Part shown: piece after piece, positions 1 to 5,612 of the stretch | Layout: every line of letters begins with the position of its first letter | Position numbering within the stretch: the first letter of the stretch is position 1 | Assembly: GCA_016930515.1 (NCBI GenBank) | Contig: JAFGGO010000170.1 | Coordinates: 1 to 12,276, forward strand | DNA length: 12,276 bases | Source: Promethearchaeota archaeon | Lineage (GTDB): Archaea > Asgardarchaeota > Lokiarchaeia > Sigyniarchaeales > SOKP01 | Direction: 5' to 3' | The notes under the pieces: generated by a model | Databases searched by the model: none | What the model was told of the DNA's origin: nothing | What the model saw: only the letters and a program-made list of their open reading frames with translations | Translations under genes and position numbers: made by a program

Positions 1-576
1 CAAAGGCTTTCTGAAAGCGCCACGGCGTTGGCTGCGAGCGCAAACGAGGTGAACGCGTCTGCCGAGGAGGTTTCAGCGACCACGGTGGAGATCGCTCGAA
101 AAGCGTCGAATCAAGAATCCACGCTCTTGGAAGTAAACAAGATGACAGAGCAGATAAGGAACATCGTCAAGCTCATCACCAATCTTTCCGAACAAACTAA
201 CTTGCTTGCGCTTAACGCCAGCATTGAAGCTGGAAGGGCGGGAGAGCACGGCAGGGGATTTGCAGTGGTTGCCGAGAGGGTTCAAAAGCTTGCAGAGGAG
301 TCCAAGAGTTCGGTCGAGCGCACGGGAGAGATCGTGGACTTCATCACGAAGAACATAATGAGCGCGTCCATGGATAGCGTGGAAATGTCCCGAGGGATGG
401 AGGAGATCAGCACGGCAACGGAGGAACAAACAGCTTCGATGGAAGAGATTTCGGCCACAGCAGCGCAACTTGGACAAGAAGCGTATGCTTTAAAAGAAGC
501 GCTCTCAAAAGACATCAAGTTCACGGGTAAAAGTTCTGGTTCGGGAATCCAGAAAAAAAAGTCCCTTAAAAAATAA
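1..576 (+). CDS. Methyl-accepting chemotaxis protein, C-terminal signalling domain (5'-truncated by window edge)
   Basis: Frame is open from base 1 ([13 protein letters not shown]...). It has the hallmark hairpin-tip motif [39 protein letters not shown] and flanking methylation-type heptads ([22 protein letters not shown]). Stop TAA at 574-576. Confidence 0.93.
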   Translation, partial: QRLSESATALAASANEVNASAEEVSATTVEIARKASNQESTLLEVNKMTEQIRNIVKLITNLSEQTNLLALNASIEAGRAGEHGRGFAVVAERVQKLAEESKSSVERTGEIVDFITKNIMSASMDSVEMSRGMEEISTATEEQTASMEEISATAAQLGQEAYALKEALSKDIKFTGKSSGSGIQKKKSLKK

Positions 577-592
577 TTTTTATCTTTTTACT

Positions 593-982
593 TTACTTTA
601 ATTCGTTTTGTAATAAATCTAAATATTTTTTGTATTCATTTTCCATGAGGACATAATATGTAAATTTCCCTTTTTTCCACCCCCTTATAAGACTGACTCT
701 TTCTAAATGCCTTAAATGATGCGAGATCGAAGGTTGCGACTTGTCTAATATGGCTTCTAATTCACAAACGCACTGTTCTCCTCTTTCTTTCAAGGTTTTT
801 ACTATTAGCAAGCGATCTTTACTGGCAAGGGCATTTAAAAATTCCAATACTTGAGCGAACGATTGACTTTTTTTATGTTCCAAACCATATGCCTGTAAAT
901 CCTCAAAGGTTGATTTTTCGCAACAATCACTCCAACAAGCTCGCATAATCTCCTTTATTTCGTTTTCTCTCGCATTGTCCAT
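593..982 (-). CDS. arsR: ArsR/SmtB-family metal(loid)-responsive transcriptional repressor
   Basis: LNALASKDRLLIV...EQCVCELEAILDKSQPSISHHLRHLERVSLI...KKGKFTYY is a winged HTH with the alpha3 CxC (ELCVCDL-type) box. There are extra N-terminal cysteines (CWSDCC). RBS GGTGAA lies at 996-991 on the minus strand, 8 nt before the ATG. Confidence 0.9.
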   Translation of the reverse strand: MDNARENEIKEIMRACWSDCCEKSTFEDLQAYGLEHKKSQSFAQVLEFLNALASKDRLLIVKTLKERGEQCVCELEAILDKSQPSISHHLRHLERVSLIRGWKKGKFTYYVLMENEYKKYLDLLQNELK

Positions 983-1087
983 CGATCAATTTCACCAGTA
1001 TTGCTTGTACGATAGATAAGTATAATTTCTCATGATTTAAATTTATTTTGATTCATATCGATTCGCACTTAATCGGATAAATAAATA

Positions 1088-1143
1088 TTTAAATGAGCAA
1101 GAATATACCTAGTTCAAGTATGATAAACATTATTTAATGTTTA
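1088..1143 (+). promoter_or_regulatory. Putative TATA box (TTTAAAT, 1088-1094) and perfect 9-2-9 inverted repeat (TAAACATTA-TT-TAATGTTTA, 1124-1143), a candidate ArsR operator
   Basis: The palindrome is read directly from the sequence. It lies about 30 nt downstream of the TATA-like element and just upstream of the first operon gene, in the intergenic region shared with the divergent arsR. ArsR/SmtB operators are typically inverted repeats with a 2-bp spacer. Confidence 0.55.
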
Positions 1144-1159
1144 AAAAAAGTGATATAAC

Positions 1160-1861
1160 ATTCAAGAACAAAAATCAATTCGTATTGGTCTAGTTTCAGA
1201 CGGTAAATACGGTAACAGGGCTTTTGACAACATACACGAGCGATTTGAAGTATATTGGATACTCGTGCCAAAAATTCCCGAGACCGTGATGTTAGACGAA
1301 CCAATCGACATAGATATCCCGGATTGCGATTTTTACATCTCCTATGTAAGGCATCCAGACATGATTTTGCAAATAGAGGAACTTGGAAAACCAACTATTT
1401 TAGGCATTCTTCCAGGTAATGGGCTTTACCAGCAAGCAAAGGCACTTAATCCAAATGTGATTCGGGCAAGAACCATGTGTTCTCTGGAGAATAACACGGG
1501 AATAAAGGTGATAGACGAATTTGCATGATACATTGGAAAACCTCGATATCAAGTCAAGATTAACGAGGAATTAAATGTGTTAAATGTTGATGCCGATAGG
1601 ATTTCTTTATGCGGATCATCTGAAGCAAGAGCTCGATTTATTAAGGGTAGAAACTTAAACGATAATAACCTGCGCGATTTTGCCTTGGCAGTATGCCACG
1701 AATGCAGGGCTCCTCGATTTGGTCGCACCTGCGATAAAGAAGTGGCGGGGATTATTCACTTGCTTGCACTTTACGATGCCTTAGATCCCAAAATGTTATC
1801 TGGCGACCTTAAGGATTTTTTTTTATCGATTCAAGATGAATATAATAGCAGAATTTCCTAA
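1160..1861 (+). CDS. DUF166-like protein interrupted by one in-frame TGA at 1526-1528 (readthrough/Sec, nonsense mutation or sequence error)
   Basis: ORFs 1265-1528 and 1577-1861 share one frame with only a TGA between them (IDEFA*YIGKPRYQVKINEELNV). The frame extends upstream to IRIGLVSDGKYGNRAFDNI. The motifs DGKYG, HPD, MCSLE, DEFA-x-YIGKP, LCGSS, ECRAP and AGIIH match my recollection of DUF166. No ATG/GTG/TTG precedes the conserved N-terminus, so ATT at 1160 after AGTGAT is the proposed start. Confidence 0.6.
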
Positions 1862-1886
1862 AATACACGAATACGAGTCGACCGAA

Positions 1887-3560
1887 ATGTCTGTCGTTTA
1901 TATGCGCAAATTAGAAGAAAAACCTGAAACTTACGACAACAAGTTTACAACGCTCACTAAAGGAGTAAATCTCGAGGTGAATAGCTGGATCCTAAATAAA
2001 TTAGGATCTTCAGAAACCGTTTTAGAAGTTGGGTGCGGTACGGGCATCTTAGCTTCGAGAATTGCGTCGAAAGGACACAATGTGGTTGCAATCGATAAAG
2101 ACTACAAGATGATAAGTCACGCAATGAAAAATTATCCGACAGGAGAAGATCTAAATCTTCTGTATCAAATCGGGACTTTTTCTGACTTTCCCATAGAACC
2201 AAATTCGAAAGACGCAATAATATCTACTTTCATGCTGTCTGAACTTCGTCCACTGGAGCAGCAGATCTTTTTGAGAAAAGTTTGGACGGCTTTAAAACCT
2301 GATGGAAGGCTTTTATTGTCTGCGGAATTTTTACCATCAGGAATTTGGAAAGTTCCATTTAAAATAAGACGATGGCGATATAAAAAAAAGCTCAAGCGAC
2401 AGAAACTTAACCAGACACAAATACTCAAACATTTTTTTCAGTATATCGAACTGATCGGATACACGATTACTTCTCAAAAACAGTGGAAACACGGAGCAAT
2501 TCAAGCTCTAGAACTAAAGAAAAGCGATCAAATGCGATCTCAAGAACCACGTTACTATTTCCCTGAACAAGTAAGTCATAAGGGTTTTAAAAGCCATCTA
2601 AAGATATTAAGGTGCTTATTAACTGGTCAAGTAGATAGTGTACCGATTGAACCAGGTATTTATCAATCTGGGAATCCTAATAAAGACTCCCCAATTCTTG
2701 TGACAGCGAATTACGAATATTCATACATCAAATTATTGAAGCATCTCAAGGGAATTGACGCTTGGATTCTATGCGTAGATTCAAACGGTATAAACGTATG
2801 GTGTGCCGCTCGAGGTAACGATTTTGGAAATCGACAACTCCTTGAAGCCGTAGAAGCCACGGGAATTCAGGCTATCACGGAAGGAAGAACCTTAATCCTG
2901 CCCCAACTCGCAGCAGGGGGTGTTTCAATTCCAAATTTACCAAAAAATTCAGATAAGTTCAAATTTCAGGTTAAATATGGTCCAGTTTGGTCAAGCACTT
3001 TACCAGAATACCTCAAGTTCGATATGAAGGAAAAGAACGAGAAAATGAGGATCCTCAAGTTTAATTTATCTCATAGAATGCGTGCTTGGATAACTCACAC
3101 AACCTTTTTATTTCGAAAGATCTTTCTCGTACCTATTCTCGCATTTTTCTTCATATTTTTAATTCTTGCATTTCCATTCGGTCAAATTTGGACTCATAAA
3201 TCGCTAATTTTTCTGGAAATAGTGCTTTGGATACTCATAACAAATGTATTGATAAGCATGCTCTTTCCTTTATCAAGTTTTTCGAGGAAATTTATTTATA
3301 AGAGTTTATTTTTCGGTATATTAAACTTAATAGCGTTGGGGTCAATCTCGTATTTAATACATGGTCAAAATCCATTTATATTGTGGATGATAATCTTTCA
3401 ATTTTGGCTTGGGTTTTTCTCGACAATGTCCTTTAGCGGATATACAATGACAACAAATCCAAAGGAAATCCAAGCAGAATACCCATTGTTTACTAAAATA
3501 AACAAGGTTATACTAATTAGTAGTTTAATTTTTTTAACAATAGGAATATGTTTTTATTAA
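1887..3560 (+). CDS. hgcA: Class I SAM-dependent methyltransferase fused to an HgcA-like corrinoid-binding domain and a C-terminal transmembrane domain
   Basis: The N-terminal part has VLEVGCGTG (2019-2045), VVAID, DAIISTFMLSEL and LKPDGRLL. The middle part has PIEPGIY...PILVTANY...WILCVDSNGINVWCAARG (cap-helix motif NVWCAARG at 2793-2816)...LILPQLAAGGV...VKYGPV. About 5-6 hydrophobic helices follow at the C-terminus. The ORF is open from ATG 1836 (overlapping the upstream gene), and ATG 1887 (MSVVYMRKLE) is the likelier start. The symbol denotes homology, not proven activity. Confidence 0.85.
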   Translation: MSVVYMRKLEEKPETYDNKFTTLTKGVNLEVNSWILNKLGSSETVLEVGCGTGILASRIASKGHNVVAIDKDYKMISHAMKNYPTGEDLNLLYQIGTFSDFPIEPNSKDAIISTFMLSELRPLEQQIFLRKVWTALKPDGRLLLSAEFLPSGIWKVPFKIRRWRYKKKLKRQKLNQTQILKHFFQYIELIGYTITSQKQWKHGAIQALELKKSDQMRSQEPRYYFPEQVSHKGFKSHLKILRCLLTGQVDSVPIEPGIYQSGNPNKDSPILVTANYEYSYIKLLKHLKGIDAWILCVDSNGINVWCAARGNDFGNRQLLEAVEATGIQAITEGRTLILPQLAAGGVSIPNLPKNSDKFKFQVKYGPVWSSTLPEYLKFDMKEKNEKMRILKFNLSHRMRAWITHTTFLFRKIFLVPILAFFFIFLILAFPFGQIWTHKSLIFLEIVLWILITNVLISMLFPLSSFSRKFIYKSLFFGILNLIALGSISYLIHGQNPFILWMIIFQFWLGFFSTMSFSGYTMTTNPKEIQAEYPLFTKINKVILISSLIFLTIGICFY

Positions 3561-3594
3561 ATTTGTAATAAACTAAAAAATCAGAGGTCTAAAC

Positions 3595-3897
3595 ATGACA
3601 ATAGAAAAAAATTGTTGCGGTAATTTGCCAAGCTTTGCTTTGAATGTCTGGATAGATGAAACAAAATGCAATGGTTGTGGTACTTGCAGGGAAGTATGTC
3701 CATTTGGTTTACCAATCAAGAATTCAAGGGGAAAGTATGAAGTGAATCGGCCTAAATTTTGCGTGCAATGCAGTGCGTGTCAAATAAATTGTCCTTCACA
3801 AGCCATAATCATGCAAGAACAAAAAGGATGCGGTTGTTTGTGGGATGCAAGAGGTCGAGCAAAAAATTCAAAGAAAGATAATTGGAGTTGTTGTTAA
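3595..3897 (+). CDS. hgcB: HgcB-like 2[4Fe-4S] ferredoxin
   Basis: Two CxxCxxCxxxCP motifs (CNGCGTCREVCP, CVQCSACQINCP), a post-cluster GCGC, a C-terminal CC and an N-terminal CC. It lies directly downstream of the hgcA-like gene, with RBS AGAGGT upstream. Confidence 0.85.
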   Translation: MTIEKNCCGNLPSFALNVWIDETKCNGCGTCREVCPFGLPIKNSRGKYEVNRPKFCVQCSACQINCPSQAIIMQEQKGCGCLWDARGRAKNSKKDNWSCC

Positions 3898-3919
3898 AAA
3901 ATTTCACGAGATTTTTAGA

Positions 3920-4351
3920 ATGAATGTAAACAAGAGAGAGCAAACAAGGGAAGAAAAAACACGTATTGCTATAGATAAAAACTCGTGTTGCCCATCCGAA
4001 CAAGTGACATCTTGCTGTTGTTCGCCTCAGGAAGATGTAAAAAGTAGCTTGAATTCGGAGGTATCAACAATTATTCAAGATATTCCAACGGATAAGTTAA
4101 AAGTGGATATATACGTTCCGTTAGAAGCGTGCTCGTGCGTGTGGTCTCAATTCATGAATCTCGTATTTTCGGCTTTAACGCCCTATATTAAACACATACA
4201 GCACGAGACAAAATCCTTGAGCTCGGAAGAGGCAAGGAAACTGAACTTGCGAGGAAATTCGATCGTGGTGGATGGAGAAAAAATTTATTCATCACCCTAC
4301 GATTTTAAGCAGGATTTACCCGTTCTTCTCAATGGGAAAGGATTGTTATAG
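3920..4351 (+). CDS. Cys-cluster protein with probable thioredoxin-like C-terminal domain (CxC); candidate metal(loid) chaperone or redox partner
   Basis: ATG 3920 avoids overlap with hgcB. The N-terminal region is low-complexity with SCCP and SCCCS. It is followed by a beta-CxC-alpha pattern (LKVDIYVPLEACSCVWSQFMNLV) and a later SIVVDGEKIY beta-hairpin, typical of Trx-like folds. The fold is inferred. Confidence 0.65.
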   Translation: MNVNKREQTREEKTRIAIDKNSCCPSEQVTSCCCSPQEDVKSSLNSEVSTIIQDIPTDKLKVDIYVPLEACSCVWSQFMNLVFSALTPYIKHIQHETKSLSSEEARKLNLRGNSIVVDGEKIYSSPYDFKQDLPVLLNGKGLL

Positions 4352-4386
4352 ATTTAAAAAGATAAATATACTAGGAAGGTGATAAT

Positions 4387-4863
4387 ATAAAAAAAATAAC
4401 TTTTCAATTGAGGGTTCCAATAAAAGGGATCAGCGTGAACAAGGAATTCATAGTTCAAGTAAAAGACGATGCCATCTTTACCGAAGCACTGGCAATGGTT
4501 GATAAATTCGCTTTTGAACATCCCAAGGAGTCTCATTTTGTAGATCACACCCAAAATAGTTATGTAAAATGTTATCTACAATTATTTTGGAATCCAATCG
4601 AAAACCAGATTTACTCCGATATCAATATGTTTGCCGCAAGTGCCAAGGGTATAATGCCTATAGAAAAAAGGTTGGATTTCAATCTGCACGACGATTGTGA
4701 GATTTCACTTACTTCTTCAGCGTGAGGATGATGAGGAAATGGGGGGGTCAATCGTGTTGATTACGGTACATTCAAGACGGAACTTCGGAAGCGATTTGGA
4801 AAGGATAATCCGTATTATACTCATTATTTCGAAAGGAAAAATTACCTCGAAAGCGCGGAATGA
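4387..4863 (+). CDS. Putative selenoprotein 1 (about 158 aa) with three Sec codons, motif A-U-G-U-U-G; possible beta-grasp (MoaD/SAMP-like) N-terminal domain
   Basis: In-frame TGA at 4723-4725, 4729-4731 and 4732-4734. The frame continues GNGGVNRVDYGTFKTELRKRFGKDNPYYTHYFERKNYLESAE to TGA 4861-4863. This tail is homologous to the post-TGA tail of the neighbouring paralogue, and a SECIS-like hairpin follows. The start is TTG 4408 or, by homology and the RBS GGAAGGTGAT, ATA 4387. Confidence 0.85.
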
Positions 4864-4895
4864 TGTTTTTCAAAAAATTATGGTGAAAAACGGAC
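4858..4895 (+). promoter_or_regulatory. Eukaryote-type SECIS element 1
   Basis: GA-ATGA(4860-4863)-T-GTTTTTCA(4865-4872), A-rich loop AAAAATTATGG, then TGAAAAAC(4884-4891)-G-GA(4893-4894)-C. This gives a perfect 8-bp helix on an AUGA/GA kink-turn core with unpaired AAA at +12 to +14. It starts 125 nt after the last in-frame TGA. Confidence 0.85.
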
Positions 4896-4945
4896 TATGG
4901 GATGGCCCCCCAAGCGCATGACTATTTAAAATGATAAAAGTGGTG

Positions 4946-5425
4946 ATGAGGAAAATTAAACAAATTACATTTAAAATAAGCGTTCCAATTAAAGATTTGC
5001 AAGAAGGTAAAACCTTCGTGCTACATCTGGACGATAATGCTACTTTCGTCCAAGCATTAGCATTAGTTGATAAGTTTGTGCATGAAAATCCGTCGGTATC
5101 CATCTTTCCGCTTCACGATGGATACATTCACAATTACCTTCAGTTATTGGTAAACCTCGAAGAAGATTCGATTTACGAAGACGTTGGAGTCTCTCCATAT
5201 GCTCCTAACGAGGAGGGCTTAATGAGAAAATTCAATCCCATCGGGGAAAACATTTATTTCAATTTATATCCCGAAAGCGTGATAGAATTACAGCAGGACG
5301 CTGGTTGCTGATGACAGAAGGTGAGAAATCGGTTGGATATTGGTAAATTTAAAACCGTCCTGCGTAAAAAATTTGATACGACAAGTGAATGTTTTCAACA
5401 TTATTTCACAACAAAAAAAGAGTAA
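4946..5425 (+). CDS. Putative selenoprotein 2 (about 159 aa) with tandem Sec, motif G-C-U-U; paralogue of selenoprotein 1
   Basis: In-frame TGA-TGA at 5309-5314. The frame continues QKVRNRLDIGKFKTVLRKKFDTTSECFQHYFTTKKE to TAA 5423-5425. It is a clear paralogue of the upstream gene (DNATFVQALALVDKF vs DDAIFTEALAMVDKF; YLQL..N..E..IY.D). The start is uncertain (ATG 4931, ATG 4946 or ATT 4955). Confidence 0.85.
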
Positions 5426-5430
5426 TGGAC

Positions 5431-5468
5431 GAATGACGGCAGATAATAAATGCTTGTGAATGCCCGAC
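5431..5468 (+). promoter_or_regulatory. Eukaryote-type SECIS element 2
   Basis: GA-ATGA(5433-5436)-C-GGCA-G-ATAA-T-AAA(5448-5450)-TGC-TTGT-GAA-TGCC-C-GA(5466-5467)-C. GGCA/TGCC and ATAA/TTGT pair, and the N11/N14 spacing is the same as in SECIS 1. The ATGA lies 7 nt after the TAA stop and 118 nt after the last TGA. Confidence 0.75.
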
Positions 5469-5612
5469 GGTGGGTTTGCATCCTATCATTACAAAATCAA
5501 TTTTATTTTACCTTAAATTTGAATTTAAATGCCATCCTTATCTTATAAACAAATTTTATTAGTAAAAACTCTGCTAGATATTATAGATTAACAAAAAATT
5601 AAGGAGAAAATA

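Noticed and set aside
3845-3919. N-terminal extension of the 168-aa ORF from ATG 3845
   Set aside because: It overlaps the Cys-rich hgcB tail by 53 nt. ATG 3920 is more plausible.
3918-3954. GAATGA-N29-GA match at the start of the Cys-cluster gene
   Set aside because: The interior is purine-rich and cannot form a stem, and there is no nearby in-frame TGA. This shows that spacing alone occurs by chance.
4697-4921. 74-aa + strand ORF (MRFHLLLQREDDEEMGG...) overlapping the end of selenoprotein 1
   Set aside because: It is a shifted-frame shadow. The homology with paralogue 2 is in the TGA-readthrough frame, and this ORF runs over the SECIS.
5513-5528. TTAAATT-TG-AATTTAA 7-2-7 palindrome upstream of the SIR2-TPR gene
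   Set aside because: The arms are A/T only in a very AT-rich spacer, overlap TATA-like sequence and do not match the 1124-1143 repeat. Likely chance.
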